64,000 nucleotides of DNA. It comes from Desulfobacteraceae bacterium (GTDB lineage: Bacteria > Desulfobacterota > Desulfobaccia > Desulfobaccales > Desulfobaccaceae). A model generated the notes under the pieces. It was not told the origin of the DNA and made no database searches. It worked only from the letters and a program-made list of their open reading frames with translations. Within the stretch, counting starts at the first letter, position 1; each line of letters starts with the position of its first letter. Made by a program: the position numbers and the translations under genes. The stretch spans positions 21,465 to 85,464 of the forward strand of contig JBKHJN010000002.1 of assembly GCA_046538075.1 (NCBI GenBank), in the 5' to 3' direction. Positions 40,172-48,813 of the stretch are shown one piece after another.

Positions 40172-41281
40172 ATGGTAGAAAATGAGCTAACTGAAAAGAA
40201 GGGTGGTCGCAGGGCTAAAAAGCTCCTGATCCTGGCAGTGATTCTCCTTGTAATTGCTGGCGCCGGGGTGGCCTATTGGTGGTATAGCAGAATCTATGTT
40301 TGGACTGACAATGCCTATGTTGCGGGTCATCTGGCGACCATCTCTCCCAGAGTCTCCGGTCGGGTAGCGGAAGTTCTGGTCTCCGACAACTGGTTTGTGC
40401 GCCAGGGTCAACCGTTGGTCAGGCTCGACCCCACTGATTTTGAAGTGGCGGTCCAGGAGAGCAAGGCAGCCCTGCGGCGCATCCAGGATGAGGTGGCCCA
40501 AAAATATATTGCCGTGGCTGCTGCCGAGGCGCAGATGGCCCGGGCTCAGGCCAATTATAGCAAAGCGACTACCGATCGGCACCGTTATCGCAATCTGTAT
40601 CAACGCCGCACCATACCCAAAGAGACCCTGGACCGCACGCTGACCAACTACAAAGTCACCCAGGCCGAACTGGCTGCTGCCCGTCAGGAATACCGCCGGG
40701 CCCTGGCTGCCATCGGCGGCTCCCTAAAAATTCCCCAGGAAGATCAACCCGCCATAAAAGAGGCCCGCGCCCAACTTAAACAGAATCAACTTAACCTCGA
40801 GTATACCACTGTCGTCGCGCCGTTTGACGGCTACGTAACCAAAAAGAATGTCGAGCCGGGCAACTGGGTCAATCCCGGCCGGGCCTTGATGATGTTAGTG
40901 CCGTTGAAATATGATGAGGTATGGATTGAGGCCAATTATAAAGAGACCCAGCTAACCAACGTTTATGTGGGTCAGCCAGTCGAAATTAAGGTAGATACCT
41001 ATCCAGGAGTTACCTTTCATGGTCAGGTTGATTCCATTATGGCTGGCACCGGGGCGGTGTTCTCCTTGTTGCCTCCCGAAAACGCCACCGGGAACTGGGT
41101 CAAAGTGGTACAACGGATTCCGGTCAAAATCAAGCTGATACCACCACTACCCGAAGACCGACCTTTACGGATCGGCATGTCGGTCATCGCCACCATTGAT
41201 ACCCGGGATCGGACCGGCCCCCGGCTCCTTAATCCCGAGTTACAGCAATTAGAAAAATTACCGAAACTATCGGCCCGATAG
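40172..41281 (+). CDS. HlyD/EmrA-type membrane fusion protein
   Basis: N-terminal anchor, TDNAYVAGHLATISPRVSGRV, coiled-coil hairpin, APFDGYVTKKNVEPGNWV. Confidence 0.85.
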   Translation: MVENELTEKKGGRRAKKLLILAVILLVIAGAGVAYWWYSRIYVWTDNAYVAGHLATISPRVSGRVAEVLVSDNWFVRQGQPLVRLDPTDFEVAVQESKAALRRIQDEVAQKYIAVAAAEAQMARAQANYSKATTDRHRYRNLYQRRTIPKETLDRTLTNYKVTQAELAAARQEYRRALAAIGGSLKIPQEDQPAIKEARAQLKQNQLNLEYTTVVAPFDGYVTKKNVEPGNWVNPGRALMMLVPLKYDEVWIEANYKETQLTNVYVGQPVEIKVDTYPGVTFHGQVDSIMAGTGAVFSLLPPENATGNWVKVVQRIPVKIKLIPPLPEDRPLRIGMSVIATIDTRDRTGPRLLNPELQQLEKLPKLSAR

Positions 41282-41291
41282 GAAAGAACCT

Positions 41292-41726
41292 ATGTACCGC
41301 AAAATCTTGGTGGCCACCGACGGCTCGGAACACGCCGGGCGAGCCGTGCAGCGGGCCGCTGATCTGGCCCGCTATACTCAAGCACAAGTAACCCTGGTTA
41401 ATATCCTCCATCTTCCTCCTTCTTATTTGCTGGCCCTGGGCAGCAGCATCGGCATGGGATCGGAGCCCTGGGCCGCTCTGCGGCATTCCGGGGAGAAGAT
41501 ATTAGAGGCCGACCTGGCCATTTTGGCGGACCAAGGAATTCCAGCCCAGTCGGAATTAAAGATGGGGGATCCGGCCGAGGAAGTGCTCCGCTTGGCCCGG
41601 GAGGGACAATTTGACCTGATCATCCTGGGCCGCCGCGGCCGCGGCTTAACCGAATCTTATTTTTTGGGAAGTGTTTCGGATCGCATCAGCCATCGGGCTT
41701 CCTGTGATATCCTGATTGTGCACTAA
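41292..41726 (+). CDS. Universal stress protein (UspA family)
   Basis: KILVATDGSEHAGRA ... DLIILGRRGRG ... LGSVSDRISHRASCDILIV. Confidence 0.85.
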   Translation: MYRKILVATDGSEHAGRAVQRAADLARYTQAQVTLVNILHLPPSYLLALGSSIGMGSEPWAALRHSGEKILEADLAILADQGIPAQSELKMGDPAEEVLRLAREGQFDLIILGRRGRGLTESYFLGSVSDRISHRASCDILIVH

Positions 41727-41747
41727 TCGGGAGCCCGGAAAACCAAG

Positions 41748-43328
41748 ATGACAGCAGAACCGCTCCTGCCATATGATAACAATCTGACCACCAGCCGCCA
41801 GGTCAACAAGTGGTTCATCACTATTGCAGTGATGGCCGGCACCTTTATGGAAATCATCGACACCACGGTAGTAAACGTCGCCCTGCCCCATTTGGCGGGC
41901 AGCCTGTCCGCCAGTACCGATGAAGCCACCTGGGTGTTGACCTCCTATCTGGTCTCCAACGCCATCGTGCTGCCCATTACCGGCTGGTTGGCGGCCCTGT
42001 TTGGCCGCAAGCGTTTTTTACTGCTTTGCTTGGCACTATTTACCGGAACCTCCGTCATGTGCGGTGCCGCCCCCAACCTGGGATTCCTCATTTTATTCCG
42101 CATCTTTCAGGGCATCGGGGGCGGGGCCTTGCAACCCATTTCGCAGGCCATCTTGCTGGAAACCTTCCCTCCCCGGGAACGGGGCATGGCCATGGCTCTG
42201 TGGGGCATTGGGGTGGTGTTCGCCCCTATTGTCGGCCCTCTGTTGGGCGGCTGGATCACCGACAACTATAGCTGGCGCTGGGTGTTTTACATCAATCTGC
42301 CGATCGGCATCCTCTCTCTGATCATGACCTTTTTCTTTATCTATGACCCACCCTATATTAAGAGTCAGAGGGCCGGACGGATCGATTATTTCGGCCTGGG
42401 GCTGTTATGTGTGGGCTTGGGGGCGCTCCAGATTGTGCTGGATAAGGGGGAACGGGAAGACTGGTTTTCTTCAGCTTTTATCGTCCGGTTGTCGATTACT
42501 GCCATAGTTGCCCTGGCAGTGCTGATCTACTGGGAGCTCAAGACCCGGGACCCAGTAGTCGATCTGCGTCTGTTCAAAGAGAGAACTTATGCCCTGGGTG
42601 TCACCATAATGTTTTTCTTCGGCTTTGCCCTTTATGCCAGCATTGTGCTCTTACCGTTATATCTCCAGACCCTGATGGGTTATGATGCTACTTTAGCAGG
42701 CATGGCTTTGGCTCCCGGCGGCCTGGGGTCTTTGATGGTCATGCCTATCGTCGGACGTCTAACCTCTGTGGTGGATAACCGCATTCTGATCGGGTTAGGG
42801 CTGGTCATCAATGGGGTGGCAATGTACATGATGTCGGTCTTTAATCTGCAAATTGATTTCTGGCATGCCATGTTGCCGCGTTTTATCCAGGGGATTGGCT
42901 TAGGGATGACCTTTGTCACTCTGACCACGGTTACCATGGCTAAAATTGATCAGACGCGCATGGGCAATGCCACCGGCATTTTTAATCTGCTGCGTAATCT
43001 GGGCGGCAGCTTTGGCATCGCCACCGTGGTTACCCTGCTCTCCCGGCGCAGCCAATTCCATCAGTCCCGATTGGTGGAACACATTCATCCCACCTCGAGC
43101 AATGTCCACCAATGGGCGGACAGGGTACAAGAATTTTTTGGCGGTTCCGAATGGACTGAGACCGGAATAATAGACACCCAATGGCTGGCCGCTCTCTATC
43201 AGGAAGTATTGCGCCAGGCCCAAATGCTGGCTTTCTGCGACGACTACTGGCTGTTGACCATTATTTTTGCCCTGCTCATTCCTTTGGTCCTGCTGATGCG
43301 TCGTCAAGATTACCGCGGGGAATCTTAA
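41748..43328 (+). CDS. DHA2 (EmrB/QacA) family MFS efflux transporter, 14-TM type
   Basis: MEIIDTTVVNVALPHLAGSL, LFGRKRFLL, QGIGGGAL. Length of 526 aa. Confidence 0.9.
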   Translation: MTAEPLLPYDNNLTTSRQVNKWFITIAVMAGTFMEIIDTTVVNVALPHLAGSLSASTDEATWVLTSYLVSNAIVLPITGWLAALFGRKRFLLLCLALFTGTSVMCGAAPNLGFLILFRIFQGIGGGALQPISQAILLETFPPRERGMAMALWGIGVVFAPIVGPLLGGWITDNYSWRWVFYINLPIGILSLIMTFFFIYDPPYIKSQRAGRIDYFGLGLLCVGLGALQIVLDKGEREDWFSSAFIVRLSITAIVALAVLIYWELKTRDPVVDLRLFKERTYALGVTIMFFFGFALYASIVLLPLYLQTLMGYDATLAGMALAPGGLGSLMVMPIVGRLTSVVDNRILIGLGLVINGVAMYMMSVFNLQIDFWHAMLPRFIQGIGLGMTFVTLTTVTMAKIDQTRMGNATGIFNLLRNLGGSFGIATVVTLLSRRSQFHQSRLVEHIHPTSSNVHQWADRVQEFFGGSEWTETGIIDTQWLAALYQEVLRQAQMLAFCDDYWLLTIIFALLIPLVLLMRRQDYRGES

Positions 43329-43845
43329 AAGCTAGACCGTCAGAAATAAAGCAAAAGCCGTCATCCTGGACCGCCGCTAAGACTAAGGCATGGCAACTTA
43401 AACCGAACCTGGCCTGCAGCTCGGAATGAAAGCAATTAAATTGGGATCAGATAATGTAAGGCAAGTCGGCTAAGTTGGAAAAAATAAAATCATTTTTAGA
43501 ATGTTGTCGATCGCCACTAACCCTTTCGATCAGAAAAAAAGGTTGTATATTCGAGCAGAAAGCGGTAAAAATTAATTTAGCACGTAATTTTATTATATTG
43601 GCTGTCAACACAGTTATAAAGAGCTTACCCGATCTGCGTACCGGGGCCTTAAGGGTGCGGTAATTATTTAATTATGGGAGGGAGTCTAAGAAGGGATCAG
43701 CCGGAAAGCTCAGCCTGAGGGCGTTGCTCAACATGGTATTATCCGGGCGGTCCTATAAGTCCTTGGGGTTTTAATCGGAAATAACCAGGATTCAGAAAGT
43801 TGGAGGCGGAGAGCTACAAATCAAAGTTATCTTAAGAGACTGCTC

Positions 43846-45246
43846 ATGGTAGAAGAAGCTGTTATCCTGTTATCAGAGAAAAAATCCGAACCCTTGCCCT
43901 CCTACCTGTTTGCCCCGGTTGCTGGTTTGCCACTGCTGCAGCGGGAAATATTCGGCCTGTGGCGGGCCGGAATCGCCTCGATAATCATCATGGTGTCGCC
44001 GCCGGTTCAACCCGACCTGGAGGAAAAATTATCGCAATTAATAGAAGTTAATGGAAATATTAAGATTATTTCCGATTGGGAAACCTTATGGGAACAGACC
44101 CTGAATAGCGCCAATGATAATCCGCGCTTGGTGCTGCTGGCCAATATCCTCCCTGACCCCCGATTTCTGACCAAATTGGTTAATCACCCGGTGCCGGTGG
44201 GAACTTTGGGTCTGGGGTTGGTAGAATCGGCTTCCCTGGCCGGAGGGAAAGGACCAGAACCAGATGGACGGTTCTCGTATCCGGTGGTCTTGGAGGATGG
44301 TCTGGTAACCTCACTGGGGTCCTCCAACTCAGACGACGGATTGCAAGCCGCGGGTTTGGTGCTGTTTTCCCCTACTGCCTGGCAGGGTTGGCACCAATGG
44401 CAACAGGGGCAGGGCACCGCCCAGGATTCCTTGCCATCGGATCGCGCCACCACGCTTTTCCGTTATGTAGCTCACCAGGCTAGAGAGAATCGAGTGTTGG
44501 GGGTGGTCAGTGACCCAAATTATATTTCTGCCATCCATTATGATCAGGATGGCAAGGAAGCCACGGCTCGCTTAATCGCTGCGGCCGACGGTTCCCCCTT
44601 AGGTAATGGCCGCCTGGAAACCTCCTTAAATCGGGCTCTGGCCCGGAAACTTTTACCCCGGGTGCTGACCTCCTCGGTGACTCCGAATCAGATCACCGTA
44701 GCCAACCTGTGGCTCGGGTTGGCGGCGGCCTTGGGATTTGCAGTTGGTAGTTATGAAGCCTCTCTGGCTGCCAGCCTGCTGCTGCCCTTGGTGATGGTGC
44801 TCGATTGCCTGGACGGCACCTTGGCTCGATTAAAATTCCAGGAATCCAAACTGGGGGCCAAACTCGATCTGTACGGCGATACCGTTCTCAATCTGGCGAT
44901 TTTCTGGGGAATTGCCGTGGGCCAGTATCGGGCCTCTGACCGCCCGCTTTTTCTGGAATTAGGGTTATTGCTGACCCTGGGTTATCTGGTCTGTTGGTGG
45001 TTGATAGAACCATCCGGGATGTGGCACTGGAATCCGGTCCATTCTCCGCCGGGAGCCCGTTTGTGCCCTTCAAAGCTAAAAAAGGCCAGCAAAATCCTGG
45101 AGGAGGCCGTCAGCCGGGACTTTTTCTATATTATCCTGTTGGCCGCCCTTTTTAATCTCCTGGATTATCTGTTTATTGGCATTGCGGTGGGGACCAATAT
45201 CTTCGCCCTCTTTCTCTTTACGCAGCGACAGCGTGGCCAAGCTTAA
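43846..45246 (+). CDS. Fusion protein: N-terminal nucleotidyltransferase-like domain with a degenerate signature plus C-terminal CDP-alcohol phosphatidyltransferase
   Basis: The C-terminal DCLDGTLARLKFQESKLGAKLDLYGD fits D-x2-DG-x2-AR-x8-G-x3-D-x3-D, with flanking TM helices. The N-terminal AVILLSEKKSEP...APVAGLPLLQREIFGLWRAGI follows the NTP-transferase layout but lacks GxGTR. Confidence 0.7.
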   Translation: MVEEAVILLSEKKSEPLPSYLFAPVAGLPLLQREIFGLWRAGIASIIIMVSPPVQPDLEEKLSQLIEVNGNIKIISDWETLWEQTLNSANDNPRLVLLANILPDPRFLTKLVNHPVPVGTLGLGLVESASLAGGKGPEPDGRFSYPVVLEDGLVTSLGSSNSDDGLQAAGLVLFSPTAWQGWHQWQQGQGTAQDSLPSDRATTLFRYVAHQARENRVLGVVSDPNYISAIHYDQDGKEATARLIAAADGSPLGNGRLETSLNRALARKLLPRVLTSSVTPNQITVANLWLGLAAALGFAVGSYEASLAASLLLPLVMVLDCLDGTLARLKFQESKLGAKLDLYGDTVLNLAIFWGIAVGQYRASDRPLFLELGLLLTLGYLVCWWLIEPSGMWHWNPVHSPPGARLCPSKLKKASKILEEAVSRDFFYIILLAALFNLLDYLFIGIAVGTNIFALFLFTQRQRGQA

Positions 45247-46192
45247 AATCCTTTTGGTGGCCATCGCCGCCCTTTTGCTATTCTGGATGCTCCACGCTGT
45301 GGGTTGGCAGGCCATCGGTCACCACCTGCGGCTCGTGGGGTGGTATTGGCCGCTGATTCTCTTGCCTTACTGCATGGTCAATCTTATGGATGCCATTTCC
45401 TGGCATTTAACGATTGAATCACCGCCCGCCGCCGTCACTATCCGGCATCTGTTCTTTAACCGACTGGCCGGGGAGGCCATCAATATTCTCACCCCTGCGG
45501 CCAGTCTGGGGGGTGAGCCTTTAAAGGCCTTGATGCTGCAAAAAAGGGGGGTCACCCTGACCAATGCTACTGCCTCGGTGATCATCAGCAAGGGCATCCT
45601 GGTGTTGAGCCTGGTAGCTTATATTATGCTGGGGCTGGCCCTGGCCCCTTTTCTTTTCGCCTTGCCGTTTCATTGGCTGTTGCTGCTAATCCTGGCGGCT
45701 CTGGGTTTAGGGCTGGCGGGATTGCTCTTTGTGTTGGGGCAGAAGCAGGGGCTCTGCCAGATGGGCATGAAAATATTGCGGAAAATTAGATTATTGCCTC
45801 GACGCCTGCAGGAGCAAGAAGAGGCACTCTATCGCCTCGATGCCCAGATGGGCTTCTTTTATCAGTACCATCGGCGCAAATTTTATCTGGCCCTGGGATT
45901 TTTTTTCCTCGGCTGGCTCTTCCACGGCCTGGAAGTATACCTCATCTTCTATTTAATCGGCCATCCCTTAAGTTTAGTCACCGCCCTGTGTCTGGACGCC
46001 CTGGCCATTCTGATCACCTCGTTGGCCTTTTTCATCCCTGCTAATCTGGGGGTTCAGGACGGGGGCAATATCTTGTTGGCCATGGGGCTTCACCTGGGGG
46101 CCATTCTGGGGGCCACTTTTAGCGTCATCCGCCGCCTGCGGGAAGGCTTCTGGCTGGCGGTGGGCCTGGTGGTTTTGGCCTATGAAAGGTAG
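45233..46192 (+). CDS. Flippase-like / lysyl-phosphatidylglycerol-synthase TM-region family membrane protein
   Basis: About 8 TM segments with a basic N-terminus KLKILLVAIAALLLFWMLHAVGW, plus the NRLAGEAINILTPAASLGGEP and PANLGVQDGG strings typical of this family. The GTG at 45233 overlaps the upstream stop by 14 nt; the track start at 45176 is less likely. Confidence 0.55.
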   Translation: MAKLKILLVAIAALLLFWMLHAVGWQAIGHHLRLVGWYWPLILLPYCMVNLMDAISWHLTIESPPAAVTIRHLFFNRLAGEAINILTPAASLGGEPLKALMLQKRGVTLTNATASVIISKGILVLSLVAYIMLGLALAPFLFALPFHWLLLLILAALGLGLAGLLFVLGQKQGLCQMGMKILRKIRLLPRRLQEQEEALYRLDAQMGFFYQYHRRKFYLALGFFFLGWLFHGLEVYLIFYLIGHPLSLVTALCLDALAILITSLAFFIPANLGVQDGGNILLAMGLHLGAILGATFSVIRRLREGFWLAVGLVVLAYER

Positions 46193-46343
46193 GGCCCCGC
46201 GATCTTAATCAATGCAATGATTATAGGCTGATTATTAAATACTTAGGGAAGAATTTAAGAAGATGGTAAGGATTTAAAAAGAGCCGCCATAAAGATTTTC
46301 GGCCCCCCGGGGTCCCAGGGGGCCGTGAAGGAATCGGTTCTTA

Positions 46344-46517
46344 TTAGTCAATTTTCTTACCGCAGCGCGCGCAGACCAGACCTTTTTCTTTGGCTTCCTC
46401 GGCGGAGATCGCGTCAATAAAGCCCCGCATCATGGTGACCTCTTCGTCCATCTTCATGCAGCCCCGGCAAACCGGATCCTTATCAATCCAAGCCCCTACT
46501 GGATTTTCTACTGCCAT
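46344..46517 (-). CDS. Small (57 aa) zinc-ribbon protein, absent from the supplied ORF track
   Basis: My translation is MAVENPVGAWIDKDPVCRGCMKMDEEVTMMRGFIDAISAEEAKEKGLVCARCGKKID. AGGAGG lies 8 nt before the ATG and TATAAT is at 46551-46546. Two CxxC pairs. The track ORF 46390-46587 on the plus strand is its antisense shadow. Confidence 0.5.
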   Translation of the reverse strand: MAVENPVGAWIDKDPVCRGCMKMDEEVTMMRGFIDAISAEEAKEKGLVCARCGKKID

Positions 46518-46744
46518 TTGGAAATCCTCCTTTGTTTTAATTCGAATTATAAAAAGGGAAGGGTATCCTCCACTCCAGATTTGTTAATTTTAGCACAAAG
46601 CCGGCCCCTTGAAAAGAGGAAAAAGACATCGCAGCCTCCTAGCCGGGAAAATTGGCCGCGGCAATGGTTAAGTTGGCCAAAAATTTAGGCCGCGTAATTC
46701 GGGGCATAGGCCGGAAATTTTAGATCTGAGCCACCCCGTGACGG

Positions 46745-47536
46745 TTATTTCGAGCTAGCCAGCGCGGCTGAAGTCCCAGCCTTAAGCTTCATGCTTTCTT
46801 CGATCATCAGGATAAATTTCAGGTATTGGCAACCGAATTTTAACAGGGCGACGTCGTCGTTTTGAACCGCGCTCAGGGTCTCCGGTTCCACCTCAAAAAC
46901 CTCCAGAAAGCGGCTATTAAAAATATAGCGCCGGAAATTATCCAGATCGTAACTGGCCAGATAAAACAGGGTCTGCTGCTTGCGGTCGATTGCCTTTACG
47001 CTCTGGGAGTCGCGGCGCAGCATCATGGCCTTCCATTCTGAATTGATCTCATCGTATTGCGCCACCTGTTGATCCTGGCGCCAGGATTCAATAGTCCATA
47101 ACTGATCTTCCTGAAAACCCAAACAATGTTTCTCCGTGATCAAAAAATAAAACTCCTCGATGCCCTCTTCCTTCTGCAAGGTTCCCTGACCAACGGGATA
47201 ATAGCGGCAGGCGGCCGGGCGGTCGGCGTAGATGGTGCAACCCTGGGGAGCAACAAACGGGCAGAGGTGGTCCTGATCGTCTTCCATTTTGAGGAAGACG
47301 ATGGGCAGGCCGGATCTCTCTTCGATTTCCTCCCGGGTGTAGCGGCTTAAAAATTCCCCGGAACTGAGGCCGAGCCTCTGCTTCAGACGGATAATGTCAT
47401 AGGGAGTAAGGATGATATTAATTCTTCCACAACATTGCGTATAACAGGAGATGCCGGGGTGGCATTTGAATCGGAACTTGCTGGTTAAACTCAATTTGAC
47501 GGGCTTGACATCCCGCATGCTGTACATAGTGTACAT
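46745..47536 (-). CDS. YkgJ/UPF0153-type Cys-cluster protein, paralog 2 (downstream of qmoC)
   Basis: FRFKCHPGISCYTQCCGRINIILTPYDIIRL and CPFVAPQGCTIYADRPAACRYYP. Collinear with 5617-6468 over the full length. Confidence 0.7.
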   Translation of the reverse strand: MYTMYSMRDVKPVKLSLTSKFRFKCHPGISCYTQCCGRINIILTPYDIIRLKQRLGLSSGEFLSRYTREEIEERSGLPIVFLKMEDDQDHLCPFVAPQGCTIYADRPAACRYYPVGQGTLQKEEGIEEFYFLITEKHCLGFQEDQLWTIESWRQDQQVAQYDEINSEWKAMMLRRDSQSVKAIDRKQQTLFYLASYDLDNFRRYIFNSRFLEVFEVEPETLSAVQNDDVALLKFGCQYLKFILMIEESMKLKAGTSAALASSK

Positions 47537-47620
47537 GAAAAAAATCTCCTCGGTAGATTGGACGCTAGGCGTCTGGGATTGTAATTAAAGAATAATATAA
47601 CATTTATCCCTGGCAACTCC

Positions 47621-47659
47621 CAAAACAAAAAGGCCGGCTTCGCCCGGAAACCGGCCTTT
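47621..47659 (-). terminator. Intrinsic terminator after qmoC
   Basis: Minus strand reads AAAGGCCGG-13 nt-CCGGCCTTT (47659-47651 / 47637-47629), followed by TTTTTGTTTT. Confidence 0.7.
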
Positions 47660-47688
47660 AACCAATTCTTGTTTCTATGTTTTCCTGG

Positions 47689-48801
47689 TTATTCCCGCTC
47701 TGCCAGTTTGCAGTAAATCATCGCGGTGGCCCGGTAGACCATATGCGCCATCTTGGTGTAGGGGGCATAGAAAAACAGGAAAAATATTGACACCAGATGC
47801 AGGTAATAAGTGGGATAAGCCAGGGTGGCCAGTCCCATCCAACGCAGCACCAGGCACAGGGCTCCGGTCACCGCCACCACGGCAATCACCCAGATCAACA
47901 GCCAATCAAAGTAGCTACCGGTCCCGGCCTCCTCCGGAGCCTGCTGGCGGTCCCGGATCACCAGCCAGATGCCCCACAACAGGATGATGGCACTGGGAAT
48001 AGCCAACCATTTCAACGGATCCGTGATCGGATAAGGCGATTCCTTATGAAAAATCCACTCATAGGTGGCGGCCCAGCCAGTGACAATAAACAATCCCACA
48101 AAACCCAAAAACACCAGCAGATGCGAGGTAGAACGGTTATAATAAGTGATGCATTTCCGGAACCGGTTGTGGGCGAAGATATCTTTGACCACATCGGCCA
48201 CGGCCAGCCAGACATTTTCCTTGAGCTTGATTTTCCAAGGATTAACGTTGAGGTCTTTCCAATACGCCGTCACTCCTTTGGCAAACACCGCCACCGCATA
48301 GGCCGCGGCACCCAGGAAGATAATGTCCACATAGGGCCAGGGTTTGAGCATCTTGGAATAGACTATCGGCCCCTCGGGAAAGAAATTACCGAAAAAGTGG
48401 ATTGCCATCCCGATCAACAGTAAGGGGAAGGCGATCAACAGAGGCAGATATTTTGGTTCATTAACCATCTGGGCCAGATTAGTGGGGGTGGAGTAGTGCT
48501 CGATGGCCACCTGTCGAATCGCTCCCAATACCTCACCAGGCTTAGCGCCCCGGGGACAATAAGCGGTGCAATCGCCACAATAATGGCAAAGCCAAATATC
48601 CGGGTCTTTGACCAGTTGATCCTTCAGACCCCAGCTGGCCCAGTTCATCTCCTTGCGGGGAAAGGGCTTGGAGTCGGGGGAGAGATTGCATACCACCGAG
48701 CAAGTCGCACACTGGAAACATTTTTTCAGAGATTCGCCCCCGGCGCTCTGGACACGTTTAATAAATTCAACATCTGGTTTAACAACAATTTCCTCTGCCA
48801 T
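47689..48801 (-). CDS. qmoC: Quinone-interacting membrane-bound oxidoreductase subunit QmoC (two [4Fe-4S] motifs plus an HdrE-like heme b membrane domain)
   Basis: CFQCATCSVVCNL and CHYCGDCTAYCPRG, followed by about 6 TM helices. Position after qmoAB. Confidence 0.85.
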   Translation of the reverse strand: MAEEIVVKPDVEFIKRVQSAGGESLKKCFQCATCSVVCNLSPDSKPFPRKEMNWASWGLKDQLVKDPDIWLCHYCGDCTAYCPRGAKPGEVLGAIRQVAIEHYSTPTNLAQMVNEPKYLPLLIAFPLLLIGMAIHFFGNFFPEGPIVYSKMLKPWPYVDIIFLGAAAYAVAVFAKGVTAYWKDLNVNPWKIKLKENVWLAVADVVKDIFAHNRFRKCITYYNRSTSHLLVFLGFVGLFIVTGWAATYEWIFHKESPYPITDPLKWLAIPSAIILLWGIWLVIRDRQQAPEEAGTGSYFDWLLIWVIAVVAVTGALCLVLRWMGLATLAYPTYYLHLVSIFFLFFYAPYTKMAHMVYRATAMIYCKLAERE

Positions 48802-48813
48802 GGAACAAACCTC

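Noticed and set aside
43475-43663. 62-aa ORF in the AT-rich spacer
   Set aside because: TTG start without an SD, codon composition unlike the neighbouring genes, and no motif.
46300-46325. GC hairpin CGGCCCCC...GGGGGCCG between the flippase-like gene and the small zinc-ribbon ORF, as a bidirectional terminator
   Set aside because: No U tract follows on either strand, so it was left uncalled as a terminator.
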